A DNA stretch of 64,000 bases, from NCBI GenBank assembly GCA_945860265.1, contig CAMAQF010000008.1, forward strand, positions 3,810-67,809, in the 5' to 3' direction. Position numbers and translations under genes: made by a program. The notes beneath the pieces were generated by a model that did no database searches, was not told the DNA's origin, and saw nothing but the letters and a program-made list of their open reading frames with translations. Below are positions 19,383 through 29,361 of this stretch, piece after piece; within the stretch, counting starts at the first letter, position 1; every line of letters starts with the position of its first letter. Source of the DNA: Emticicia agri (lineage in GTDB: Bacteria; Bacteroidota; Bacteroidia; Cytophagales; Spirosomataceae).

Positions 19383-21200
19383 CTATTGCTGCTCGGTATC
19401 TGACTTATTAGACGTGGTTGGTTTTTCGTCACCTTGCTTGTTCTGGGATTTATTATATGTAACACCACCTTTTTTGTGCTGAGGATGTTGCGGTTTCCCT
19501 TGGTTTCCTCCTTGGTTATTCGGACGATTCTGATTAGGGTTTGGTTTTCCTCCTTGTAAGGTAGTACCCAGCGGGGAGCCGCCCTGCGTATTTTCTTGTT
19601 TGCTTATGTTTTGACCTCCTTGTTGTTGCTGTTTAGGATGCCTTTGCTGTCCGCCCTGTTGTGGGCTATTCTGAGTATTGCCCTGTTTGTTGAGATTTTG
19701 GTTGCTCTTTAGCTGGTTGTTCCCTTTATTTTGAGGAGAATCACCACCCTGATGCGAGCCACCCTGATGCGGATTATTTGGTTGAACCGCATTATTACGA
19801 TTCTGATTGTTTACTCCTTGTTGGTTATTTTTTTGAGAATTATTTCCTTGTTTTTGCAGAGAGTCGCTCTCCGGACTTCCTACTTGTAGTGAGCCACCTA
19901 GAGGATTGCCACCCTTATTTTTCTGTTGGTTATTGTTTTTCTGAGCAATAAATTCTTGTTTAGCTAAATCTCCTTGTGGAGTTCCGTGTGGACTATTATT
20001 TCCACGATTTTGCTGTGGCTGATTTGGACGATTTTGTTGGTTTTTATTACCCGAATTTTGCTGTGGCTTTTTAACTTTATCAGTGTATTTTTTATCCAAA
20101 CGGTCTAAATCTGAGTTTCTTGGAGCATTTTTATCAACTATAATTGAATCAATTAGATTCAAGTCTTCGAGCGAGTTTGGTAAAATACCTTTTTCGTTCA
20201 TCTTCATGATTTCTACCACTTGATGAATCGGTAATGAATGCCAGTTGATATCATTGTTATAGCTAAACCACATGATTCGACGGAAAATGTCTGTTTTTTG
20301 TAATACTGCAATTCCTTTTTCGGTTTTCAAAGGCTTTTCTACTGTCGGAATATCGCTCAAAGCATCAAGATAAGTTTCTAATTCGTAATTTAAGCAACAT
20401 TTCAAACGTCCGCACTGACCCGAAAGTTTAGCTGGATTGAGCGAAAGATTCTGATAACGAGCCGCCGAAGTCGGAATCGCACGAAAATCAGTGAGCCACG
20501 TTGAGCAACATAATTCACGACCACACGAGCCAATTCCGCCTACACGAGCTGCCTCTTGACGCAAACTGATTTGCTTCATTTCGACTCTGATTTTGAATTC
20601 AGAAGCCAAAAATTTAATCATTTCACGAAAATCAATACGGTCGTCAGCTGAATAATAAAATGTAGCTTTGGTATTATCGGACTGAAATTCTACGTCCGAC
20701 ATCTTCATTTGTAGCTTTAATTCCTTCGATATTTCACGCACACGATACATCGTTGGCATATCACGAGCGATGGCTTGTTGGTGTTTTTCGAGGTCTCGCT
20801 CGGTGCTTACTCTTAGAATTTTGTGAAGTTCATCGTTGTCTTTTAGGTCTTTCTTAATCATTTGAAGACGAACCAATTCGCCTTGCAACGAAACACTACC
20901 GATATGATAGCCCGAAGCCATTTCGCAAACTACGAAATCACCCGTGTAGAGGTCATAATTGTTAGTATTTCGAAAATATTCTTTTCGTCCGCCTTTAAAT
21001 TTTATTTCAACTACATCATAACGCATTGAGCGTGGTACGTCCATGTTGGACAACCAGTCGTAAGCATTCATTTTATTGCATCCACCCGATGAACAGCCTC
21101 CAGAAGAGCATCCCGCTACGGTTTTTGTATTCGATTTTTCGGTTTGGCCTATGGCTTTAACTGCTCCACAACCTCCCGATGAACATTGTCCACAGCCCAT
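19383..21200 (-). CDS. ricT: PSP1-domain / RicT (YaaT) Fe-S regulatory protein with long Q/N/G-rich C-terminal tail
   Basis: Cys-rich N-terminus, FYYSADDRIDFRE, GGIGSCGRELCCSTWL, KLSGQCGRLKCCLNYE. Confidence 0.88.
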   Translation of the reverse strand: MGCGQCSSGGCGAVKAIGQTEKSNTKTVAGCSSGGCSSGGCNKMNAYDWLSNMDVPRSMRYDVVEIKFKGGRKEYFRNTNNYDLYTGDFVVCEMASGYHIGSVSLQGELVRLQMIKKDLKDNDELHKILRVSTERDLEKHQQAIARDMPTMYRVREISKELKLQMKMSDVEFQSDNTKATFYYSADDRIDFREMIKFLASEFKIRVEMKQISLRQEAARVGGIGSCGRELCCSTWLTDFRAIPTSAARYQNLSLNPAKLSGQCGRLKCCLNYELETYLDALSDIPTVEKPLKTEKGIAVLQKTDIFRRIMWFSYNNDINWHSLPIHQVVEIMKMNEKGILPNSLEDLNLIDSIIVDKNAPRNSDLDRLDKKYTDKVKKPQQNSGNKNQQNRPNQPQQNRGNNSPHGTPQGDLAKQEFIAQKNNNQQKNKGGNPLGGSLQVGSPESDSLQKQGNNSQKNNQQGVNNQNRNNAVQPNNPHQGGSHQGGDSPQNKGNNQLKSNQNLNKQGNTQNSPQQGGQQRHPKQQQQGGQNISKQENTQGGSPLGTTLQGGKPNPNQNRPNNQGGNQGKPQHPQHKKGGVTYNKSQNKQGDEKPTTSNKSDTEQQ

Positions 21201-21535
21201 TTTTGTATATATATAGTTCAACCCACGAATGGGTTTAATGAAAAAATAGGCAAGAAGCCTAATAATTATTTGTTATTTTGATTTTGAAATAACAAATTTG
21301 AATTGAATATTCCGTTAGGAATTAAATATTGGCTAGATATAATAGAATAGGATTTTCATGTCTTAGCTATGAAATATCAGTCATCTAAAAAACTTCATCA
21401 CCTAAGTATAATCGTGAGCGATGAAATTACTTTACCATAGCGACAAACGCCAATGTTAAACCCTACTTGGGATTTGATTTTTTAATATTTCGTATGAAAC
21501 ATTAGTCACTAATTTTAACAGGTTTTTCGCCTATC

Positions 21536-22828
21536 TTACGATTCGAGATACTTCAATAAATCTTTCCCGATGTCGTTTCTAAAATATTTTCCCTCAAATA
21601 TAATCTTTTTTGCCATTGCCTGCGACTTTTTACGTGCAGAATTTAGCGTTCGTGCCATTCCAGTAGTTACAATTACTCGGCCGCCGTTGGTTTCTACCGA
21701 ACCATCAGTAGCAATTTTGGTGCCCGCATGGAAAATAATGGTATCTTTCTCAGCTTCTGGAATCGTTATTACATCGCCTTTACGATATTCTTCGGGATAA
21801 CCTTTCGCTACCGAAACCGTTGCAATTGCTACTTTGGGATAAATCGAAAGTTTGATTTTATCTAATTTCCCATCGGCAGTTGCTTTCATTAATTTTACCA
21901 TATCGGTCTTGATTCGTGGCAAAACCACTTCAGTTTCGGGGTCACCCATGCGAGCGTTGTATTCAATTACATAAGGCTCTCCATCGACATTCATTAATCC
22001 AACGAAAATAAAACCCACATATTTGATACCTTCAGCTTGTAAACCAGCCAAAGTTGGCTTTACAACTCGCTCTTCAACTTTTCCCAAAAACTTAGCATCG
22101 GCAAACGGTACCGGCGAAACCGCCCCCATTCCACCTGTATTCAAGCCTTTATCGTTTACGCCAATACGCTTATAATCTTTTGCTTCGGGCAATATTTTAT
22201 AGTTTTTACCATCGGTCAAAACAAAAACTGAAAGCTCGATTCCTGTTAAAAATTGTTCGATAAGTACTTTGCTGCTGGCATCGCCAAATTTGGCTTCGGT
22301 GAGCATTTCGTGCAAGGCTTGACGGGCTTCATCTTTGGTTTCGGCAATGATTACACCTTTTCCTGCTGCCAAACCATCAGCTTTTAGTACAATTGGTAAA
22401 GTTTGAGTTTCGAGATAAGCCAAACCTTCTTGTAGTCTATTTTTTGTAAAAGTTTTTGACGCTCCTGCAGGGATATTGTATTTCTGCATGAAGCCTTTCG
22501 AGAAGTCTTTGCTACCTTCAAGTCTTGCCCCAGAAGCATCTGGACCAACAATTTTTATTTTTTTGAGAACTTTATCTTTCTTGAAAAAATCGACAATTCC
22601 ACGCACCAAAGGCTCTTCTGGGCCTACAATTACCATTCCGATTTTGTTTTCTTTTACAGCATTGCCAATAGCTTCAAAATCGTTAACTCCGATTGGTAAG
22701 TTTGTTGCGATTTGTGCAGTTCCTGCATTGCCAGGAGCTACAAAAAGATTGGTACAGTTTTTTGATTGTGCAATTTTCCAAGCAAAAGTGTGCTCTCGTC
22801 CGCCCGAACCAAGTATTAGAATATTCAT
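21536..22828 (-). CDS. purD: Phosphoribosylamine-glycine ligase
   Basis: LGSGGREH, APGNAG, LEGSKDFSK, KADGLAAGKGV, NTGGMGAVSP, EYNARMGDPE. Confidence 0.97.
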   Translation of the reverse strand: MNILILGSGGREHTFAWKIAQSKNCTNLFVAPGNAGTAQIATNLPIGVNDFEAIGNAVKENKIGMVIVGPEEPLVRGIVDFFKKDKVLKKIKIVGPDASGARLEGSKDFSKGFMQKYNIPAGASKTFTKNRLQEGLAYLETQTLPIVLKADGLAAGKGVIIAETKDEARQALHEMLTEAKFGDASSKVLIEQFLTGIELSVFVLTDGKNYKILPEAKDYKRIGVNDKGLNTGGMGAVSPVPFADAKFLGKVEERVVKPTLAGLQAEGIKYVGFIFVGLMNVDGEPYVIEYNARMGDPETEVVLPRIKTDMVKLMKATADGKLDKIKLSIYPKVAIATVSVAKGYPEEYRKGDVITIPEAEKDTIIFHAGTKIATDGSVETNGGRVIVTTGMARTLNSARKKSQAMAKKIIFEGKYFRNDIGKDLLKYLES

Positions 22829-23067
22829 CAATAGTATAATCTTTGCATTATGAACTAGTAAAGTTCGTCAAGTTTTTTGTAAAATAATACTTTTCTATGT
22901 CAAACCTCTACTTTAAAAATGAATAATTTTGCATAAATAACTAATATTCAACCATTTATACTCTCTATAAACTTTTCTTTTAAATTTATTCAGAAATTTG
23001 TTTTAGCTGTTCAAAGTTCGTAATATTGATATTGTATTTTAAAAAAATGGCATATTATTCATTGACA

Positions 23068-25197
23068 ATGAAAAAACTTTTAAGAAAACTATATTTGAAT
23101 TCTGTTCGGGTCTTCTTGGTTTTTTATGTTTCATTTTTTCTTTTTTCAATTAGAGAAAACATTAATATAAATGATTGGCCAAGTTATAATGGTGGCGATA
23201 ATTGTAACCATTATTCCGCACTCACACAAATTAAACCCGAGAATGTTTCGACCTTGAAATTAGCTTGGATTTACAATTCAGGTGGAGCAGATACCATAAA
23301 AAATACTACTCAAATTCAATGTAATCCATTAATTATCAAAGGTATTTTTTATGGTGTTTCAGCCGGCTCACAAGCATTTGCTGTAAATGCTGAATCGGGT
23401 AAAGAAATATGGAAAACCAACTTGAAAGATAATACTTTCAGTATGACCAGCCGAGGTGTAAGCTATTGGACAGATGGACATGATGAAAGAATATTCTTTG
23501 GTTATGGAGCTTTTCTTTATGCCTTGAATGCCAAAAATGGTCATCCGATTTTATCGTTTGGTACGAAGGGGAAAATCCATCTAATTGACGGAATTAAACG
23601 CCCCGGTGCCGACGATTACGTAGTTTTGAACACGCCACCCGCAATCTATAAAAATACATTGATTGTAGGTATGAGAGTGGCGGAAAGTGCAACTGCTTTA
23701 CTCGGCGACATCAGGGCTTTTGATGCACGAACAGGAAAAAAAATTTGGACATTTCATACGATTCCACACCCCAATGAATTTGGTTACAAAACATGGGAGA
23801 AAGATAATTTTAAAAATTTAGGCGGAGCTAATAATTGGATGGGTATGGCTATCGACCAAAAACGGGGTATTATATATGCTCCAACTGGCTCGGCAGCGTT
23901 TGATTTTTATGGTGGTAATCGAAAAGGTGACAACCTTTTTGCCAATTGTTTACTGGCTCTAAATGCGAATACGGGCAAAAGGCTTTGGCATTTTCAGACG
24001 GTACATCACGACATTTGGGACAGGGATATTCCTGCACCACCAAACTTATTTACAATCTCAAAAAATGGAAAAAAAGTTGCTGTTGTGTCAGTATTGAGTA
24101 AACAAGGGTTCACTTTTGTGTTTGACCGAGTAAGTGGTAAACCTATTTTTCCTATCGAAGAGCGAGCGGTTATGGCTTCTACTATCAAAGGAGAGCAGGC
24201 ATCGCCTACGCAGCCGATTCCAGTTTTGCCTGAGCCATTTACTCGACAAAGCTTTACTGTTCATGATATAAATTCATTTGCATCAAACAAAGAACAAATA
24301 ATTGCACAAGTAAAGGAAGCTTCTACGGGTCAAGCTTTTATTCCATTAGGTAGAAATCGAACGGTTTTCTTTCCTGGAACTGATGGTGGAGCTCAATGGG
24401 GTGGTGCAGCAGTTGATGAAAACAGTATCATGTATGTTCCTGCTAAAGAAAACCCTGTGTACAGTTCATTAGTCGATGCACTTCCAACTAATAATAGCCA
24501 AGCCAATTCTTCGGGTAAAAAACTCTATCAAACACATTGTATGAATTGTCATGGAGTTAATCGGGAAGGCAACGAAGATGGAACATTTCCTTCACTCCAA
24601 AACATTGAAACAAAATATAATGAAACAGCGATACTACAAATCATATCAAAAGGCCGTGGGCTTATGCCTGCCCTAACACATATCAAAGCCGTAGAAAACA
24701 AAGCAATAATTCAATTTTTATTTGGCAAAGATAGCTACATAAAAACAGTTAATAAGTCGAATCTTTCGGAAAGTCCATATAAAAGTACAGGTTATAATCG
24801 TTGGTACGATTCGAACAATTACCCTATTAATACACCCCCTTGGGGAACTCTAACCGCCATCAATATGAACAATGGTAAGCGTATTTGGCAAATCCCGCTG
24901 GGAGAATATCCAGAACTTACAGCGAAGGGAATTCCTTTAACTGGCACTGATAATTATGGTGGACCAGCCGTTACGGCAGGAGGCCTACTATTCATTGCAG
25001 CTACAAAAGACCATCAATTTAGGGCAATTGACCGAAAAACAGGCAATATACTATGGAAAGTAATACTGCCAGCAGCAGGTTATGCTTCGCCAAGTGTTTA
25101 TGAAGTTGGTGGAAAGCAATATGTAGTGATTGCGTGTGGTGGTGGTAAATTAAAGACTAAATCAAGTGATAAATATCTGGCATTTACATTACCCTAA
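23068..25197 (+). CDS. PQQ-dependent dehydrogenase (glucose/quinate DH-like) with an inserted cytochrome c domain
   Basis: YSALTQI, WHFQTVHHDIWDRD, PGTDGGAQWGG, PPWGTLTAI, heme motif CMNCH at 24538-24552; start uncertain (23026-23068). Confidence 0.9.
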   Translation: MKKLLRKLYLNSVRVFLVFYVSFFLFSIRENININDWPSYNGGDNCNHYSALTQIKPENVSTLKLAWIYNSGGADTIKNTTQIQCNPLIIKGIFYGVSAGSQAFAVNAESGKEIWKTNLKDNTFSMTSRGVSYWTDGHDERIFFGYGAFLYALNAKNGHPILSFGTKGKIHLIDGIKRPGADDYVVLNTPPAIYKNTLIVGMRVAESATALLGDIRAFDARTGKKIWTFHTIPHPNEFGYKTWEKDNFKNLGGANNWMGMAIDQKRGIIYAPTGSAAFDFYGGNRKGDNLFANCLLALNANTGKRLWHFQTVHHDIWDRDIPAPPNLFTISKNGKKVAVVSVLSKQGFTFVFDRVSGKPIFPIEERAVMASTIKGEQASPTQPIPVLPEPFTRQSFTVHDINSFASNKEQIIAQVKEASTGQAFIPLGRNRTVFFPGTDGGAQWGGAAVDENSIMYVPAKENPVYSSLVDALPTNNSQANSSGKKLYQTHCMNCHGVNREGNEDGTFPSLQNIETKYNETAILQIISKGRGLMPALTHIKAVENKAIIQFLFGKDSYIKTVNKSNLSESPYKSTGYNRWYDSNNYPINTPPWGTLTAINMNNGKRIWQIPLGEYPELTAKGIPLTGTDNYGGPAVTAGGLLFIAATKDHQFRAIDRKTGNILWKVILPAAGYASPSVYEVGGKQYVVIACGGGKLKTKSSDKYLAFTLP

Positions 25198-25932
25198 TCA
25201 AAACTCAAATTTTCCGTCTTTTTCAGTTTTTTTTATGATGCTAAAAATTTCTTTTTTGCCTTTCAGAGAAATCCTGCGAGAAACTTCAACTGCCGAGGTA
25301 AAGTAAGCGATTTTGGTAAAAAGCTCGCCCTGTCCAAAAAAGTCTTTTTGGGTGTTTAATTCAGTCAGCGGAATCGGAACGGGGCTCAGATAACTCAGCT
25401 CGGTTCGGTAATCAATATAGCGTTGTATAGAATCTTGACTACTTACAAAGCGATAATCAAGCATCAGAGCCAATCCTTCATCGAACCACGTTGGAATCTC
25501 TTTTTTGGTTTTCCACCAACCCAGTTTAGTCATAAGTTCGTCGTGGCACATTTCGTGGGCAATCACATCTGTATTTAGTCCATCTTGGTTTAAAATTATC
25601 CACGAACAAAGTGGTGTTCCGATACTAAAACCTGCACCTTCGGTGGTTTTGGCGTATTTTTGGTAAGTCATTGCGTTTTTGGTGAAAATAATTTTTGCTT
25701 GTCCGCTTTTACCTCCCCAAAAGGTTTTTATACGTTTTTCGGCATTTTCTACAAATTTTAATAATGAATCTTGCTGCATTTTCGATATCTTTTCTTCAAC
25801 AAAAATATTGGGTTTTATTTCTTGAAAACTATCATATTCAACAAAAAAGCACCATAAAAACTGCGGAAAAAGCCATGCAAATAGCAAACCAAATGCAATT
25901 ATTGTAAATATTGTTGATTTTAAAATTTTCAT
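25198..25932 (-). CDS. Membrane-anchored putative gluzincin (peptidase MA-like)
   Basis: AHEMCH (HExxH) followed by PTWFDEGLA. Confidence 0.7.
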   Translation of the reverse strand: MKILKSTIFTIIAFGLLFAWLFPQFLWCFFVEYDSFQEIKPNIFVEEKISKMQQDSLLKFVENAEKRIKTFWGGKSGQAKIIFTKNAMTYQKYAKTTEGAGFSIGTPLCSWIILNQDGLNTDVIAHEMCHDELMTKLGWWKTKKEIPTWFDEGLALMLDYRFVSSQDSIQRYIDYRTELSYLSPVPIPLTELNTQKDFFGQGELFTKIAYFTSAVEVSRRISLKGKKEIFSIIKKTEKDGKFEF

Positions 25933-26077
25933 TTATTTTCTCTCTTTTTTTTGAACGAACAGCATGTTTGCCCTTTGGATGTAACAAAACCAGTATCTGC
26001 GAAGTTATGTTATTAATCGTTTATAACGTAACTTCGCACAAAAATTTTAATCTCACCATTTTAGATAATCATTAAAT

Positions 26078-26515
26078 ATGTACCCAATCATCCAACCAAT
26101 TCACTCATATTTAGCTTTTGCAGCACTTGCTTTGTTGGCAGCAGCTACTATCAACGGAATCATTGGCTCGACAAGCGAGAAAAGTTTTGAAGATAATCAT
26201 CTTAAAATCAACAAATTTGCTTTGATTGCTACGCATACAATGCTTATATTAGGTCTAATCTTATTGTTTGTTTCTCCAGGAGCTCAAGCAGCCTTTTCTA
26301 ATATGAAACTAACAATGAAGGATAGTATTTTGAGAAAAGCTTACATAGAACACCCTACAACAAATATAATAGCCGTTGTTTTAATTACAATCGGTAATGT
26401 TCGTGTAAAGCGTGCGGTTGGTAATGGTCGCAAATTTAAGCAAACTGCTATTTTCTTTGGTTTAGCGTTGATTTTAATTCTTAGCCGTATTCCTTGGTCA
26501 ACTTGGTTAGGTTGA
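26078..26515 (+). CDS. Conserved 4-TM Bacteroidota membrane protein (cytochrome b-like)
   Basis: Four hydrophobic helices with His in IHSY, ATH and IEHP; ends SRIPW. Confidence 0.7.
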   Translation: MYPIIQPIHSYLAFAALALLAAATINGIIGSTSEKSFEDNHLKINKFALIATHTMLILGLILLFVSPGAQAAFSNMKLTMKDSILRKAYIEHPTTNIIAVVLITIGNVRVKRAVGNGRKFKQTAIFFGLALILILSRIPWSTWLG

Positions 26516-26658
26516 TATTTTTTTAGTCCACAGCTTAAAGTTGATATTCCACAGGGAGGACTACAGAGTTTTGGATGTTTACTATCTTTAGTACAAACTA
26601 AACATAATTAATTTTGGGGTAAACTCGTTTTGATTTTAAACCCGATGCAATATTTAAC

Positions 26659-29199
26659 ATGTTAAGACCATACCTTGGAAATATCGGACATATTTCTGTA
26701 ATTATCTCTTTTGTAGCTGCCATTGTTTCTACTTTTGCATACTGGCAGGCTACTCGACCAGAGGTTTTAAAAGATAAGCAAGCAACTGACCAATGGCTCA
26801 AATTTGCTCGTAGAGCATTTTATGTGCATACTTCGGCTATTTTTATTATTTGTGCTTCACTGTTGAGCATTATATTCAATCATTATTTTGAATACCATTA
26901 CGCTTGGGATAACTCTTCGTGGAGTTTGCCTATTGGATATGCCATTTCGTGTTTTTGGCAAGACCAAGAGGGTAGCTTTTTATTGTGGATGTTTTGGAAT
27001 GTTGTTTTGGGTGTTTTGTTAATAAATACTACGCTTCGCAAAACTCGTAATGTTGGAATCGAAGCTCCAACGATGACGATTTTCGCTTTGGTGCAGGTTT
27101 TCTTGGCTTCGATGATTTTGGGTGTAGTGATTTGGGGAGATTTCAAGGTTGGAAGTTCGCCGTTTTTGACTTTAAGAGAATCAATGCCGAATATTCCAAT
27201 TTGGAAAACAAACCCAAGTTTTGTACCTAAAGATGGTAATGGTCTGAATCCTTTACTGCAAAACTATTGGATGGTTATTCACCCTCCTACTCTGTTTTTG
27301 GGTTTTGCGATGACACTCGTTCCGTTTGCATTTTGTATGGCTGGCCTTTGGAAAAAACAATATACAGAATGGATAAAACCTGCATTACCTTGGACGTTGA
27401 CAGCGGCGGTTGTTCTTGGAACAGGAATTATGATGGGCGGAATTTGGGCGTACGAAACCCTCAACTTTGGTGGATATTGGAATTGGGATCCAGTAGAAAA
27501 TGCAGTTTATGTGCCATGGTTGGTTTTGGTTGGAAGTTTCCACACGATGCTTATGGCACGTAAAAATAGTACAGCTCTCAAATATACCATTATTTTGGTT
27601 ATCGCTCAATTTGTATTGATTGTTTACTCAACGTTTTTAGCTCGAAGCGGTATTCTTGGCAATGCGTCGGTTCACTCATTTACTGACTTGGGGCTTTCGG
27701 GGCAGTTATTGATTTATTTACTAACTTTTATCATTGTTTCGGTAGTACTTTCTACAATTCGCTGGAAACATTTACCACAAGATGAAGCAGAAATCTCGAC
27801 ATTTTCTCGTGAATTTTGGGTATTTTCTGGAGTTTTGATGCTTTGCTTGGCGAGTTTTCAAGTAATTGTTACGACTTCAATTCCTGTTTATAATAAAATA
27901 GGTGAGATTTTTGGAGCAAAACTAAACATGGCTTTGCCAACTAATCAAATCGAACACTTCACGCAGTTTCAGATGTGGTTTTTTGTGCTGATTACGTCTC
28001 TTTCCGGCGTTGCTCAGTTTTTTTGGTGGAAACGTGTTCAGAAAAATAGCTTAAACAAGCTAATTAATCCACTTGTAATCAGCCTTTTAGCATCAGCTAT
28101 AATCATAACTTTCGCTAAGGTAAATAACTGGAAATATATCATTTTATTGACCGCAGCGATGTTTAGTATTGCAGCCAATGGCAGTATTTTATTAGATATT
28201 CTGAAAGGAAAATTCAAAGTAGCTGGAGGTGCAATTACACACATTGGTTTGGCAGTGATGCTAATCGGAATCATGTTTTCTTCGGGCTACTCTAAAGTAG
28301 TTTCTTTGAATTTTTCAGGAGCAAAAATCTTTTCCAACGATAGTGATAACAAAGAAAATGCCTTATTATGGCTCAATCGACCGACTGAATTGAGTGAATT
28401 TTCGTTTACGTACAAAGGTCAGTTTGTTGATGTACGAAATGCACCGGGTTATATTGAGAAAAAATACGTTTGGCCTGTTCCTGGCAGTAATTACAAAGGT
28501 ATTGCACGTGCCGACGTAGTGGATGGCGATAAAACGTATTTCAAACGTGGTGATACGCTCGAGTATGAAGCCGAAAACACCTATTTCCAGATTGAATACT
28601 CAGATAAAAACGGAAAGAAATTTAACCTTTACCCACGAGTACAAGACAATGAAAAAATGGGAACGGTACTTTCACCCGATATTAAGAAATTTTGGAACAA
28701 AGATATTTATGCTTTCGTTTCCGGACCGCCAGTTGCCGAAGATGAGCGTGATTGGAGTCGCCCAGAAGAATTTGCAGTAGCGGTTGGTGATACTTTTTTT
28801 GTCAATGACTACGTAGCAATTCTTGAAAATGTAGAAGGAATCAGGGAAGTTGATGGAATGCAATTGGCCGAAGGCGATGCAGCCGCACGTGCAACGGTTA
28901 AAGTTCTGGATAGAAACGTAGCCATAACAATGCGTCCAGTTTTTGCAATTCGAAACCGTGAAGTTTGGAGCAAACCCGAAGTGAATAACGAAATGGGACT
29001 TCGCTTACAACTATCTAAAATCGACCCTGTTTCGGGCAAATTTGCCTTTACAGTAAGTCGAGGTCAGCGAGAGTTTCTCGTGCTAAAAGCGACTGAGAAG
29101 CCACATATTAACCTTCTTTGGATAGGATTCTTTATGATAATTGTGGGTATCACAATAGCAGCAGTTCGTCGTTTTCAACTTGTAGCTGCTCAAGGATAA
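26659..29199 (+). CDS. ccmF: Cytochrome c biogenesis heme lyase CcmF (System I)
   Basis: QEGSFLLW, GLNPLLQNYWMVIHPP, WWD domain WAYETLNFGGYWNWDPVEN, SVHSF. Confidence 0.93.
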   Translation: MLRPYLGNIGHISVIISFVAAIVSTFAYWQATRPEVLKDKQATDQWLKFARRAFYVHTSAIFIICASLLSIIFNHYFEYHYAWDNSSWSLPIGYAISCFWQDQEGSFLLWMFWNVVLGVLLINTTLRKTRNVGIEAPTMTIFALVQVFLASMILGVVIWGDFKVGSSPFLTLRESMPNIPIWKTNPSFVPKDGNGLNPLLQNYWMVIHPPTLFLGFAMTLVPFAFCMAGLWKKQYTEWIKPALPWTLTAAVVLGTGIMMGGIWAYETLNFGGYWNWDPVENAVYVPWLVLVGSFHTMLMARKNSTALKYTIILVIAQFVLIVYSTFLARSGILGNASVHSFTDLGLSGQLLIYLLTFIIVSVVLSTIRWKHLPQDEAEISTFSREFWVFSGVLMLCLASFQVIVTTSIPVYNKIGEIFGAKLNMALPTNQIEHFTQFQMWFFVLITSLSGVAQFFWWKRVQKNSLNKLINPLVISLLASAIIITFAKVNNWKYIILLTAAMFSIAANGSILLDILKGKFKVAGGAITHIGLAVMLIGIMFSSGYSKVVSLNFSGAKIFSNDSDNKENALLWLNRPTELSEFSFTYKGQFVDVRNAPGYIEKKYVWPVPGSNYKGIARADVVDGDKTYFKRGDTLEYEAENTYFQIEYSDKNGKKFNLYPRVQDNEKMGTVLSPDIKKFWNKDIYAFVSGPPVAEDERDWSRPEEFAVAVGDTFFVNDYVAILENVEGIREVDGMQLAEGDAAARATVKVLDRNVAITMRPVFAIRNREVWSKPEVNNEMGLRLQLSKIDPVSGKFAFTVSRGQREFLVLKATEKPHINLLWIGFFMIIVGITIAAVRRFQLVAAQG

Positions 29200-29231
29200 G
29201 ATATTTATTAATTGTCATTAACATACTGATG

Positions 29232-29274
29232 CAAAAAAATCCCTTTTTGCTCTGTGCAAAAAGGGATTTTTTTG
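29232..29274. terminator. Bidirectional intrinsic terminator
   Basis: CAAAAAAATCCCTTTTTGC-TCTGT-GCAAAAAGGGATTTTTTTG. Confidence 0.9.
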
Positions 29275-29361
29275 TGTTTACTTTTCTACGAAATAGCTAA
29301 TAAATACTAAAATTTACACTTTTCTAAGATTCATTTTTATTTTAAAACAAAAAAATGAAGT

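Noticed and set aside
21222..21535. Possible small ORF or relic in the ricT-purD spacer
   Set aside because: Only a 23-codon ORF and no recognisable similarity
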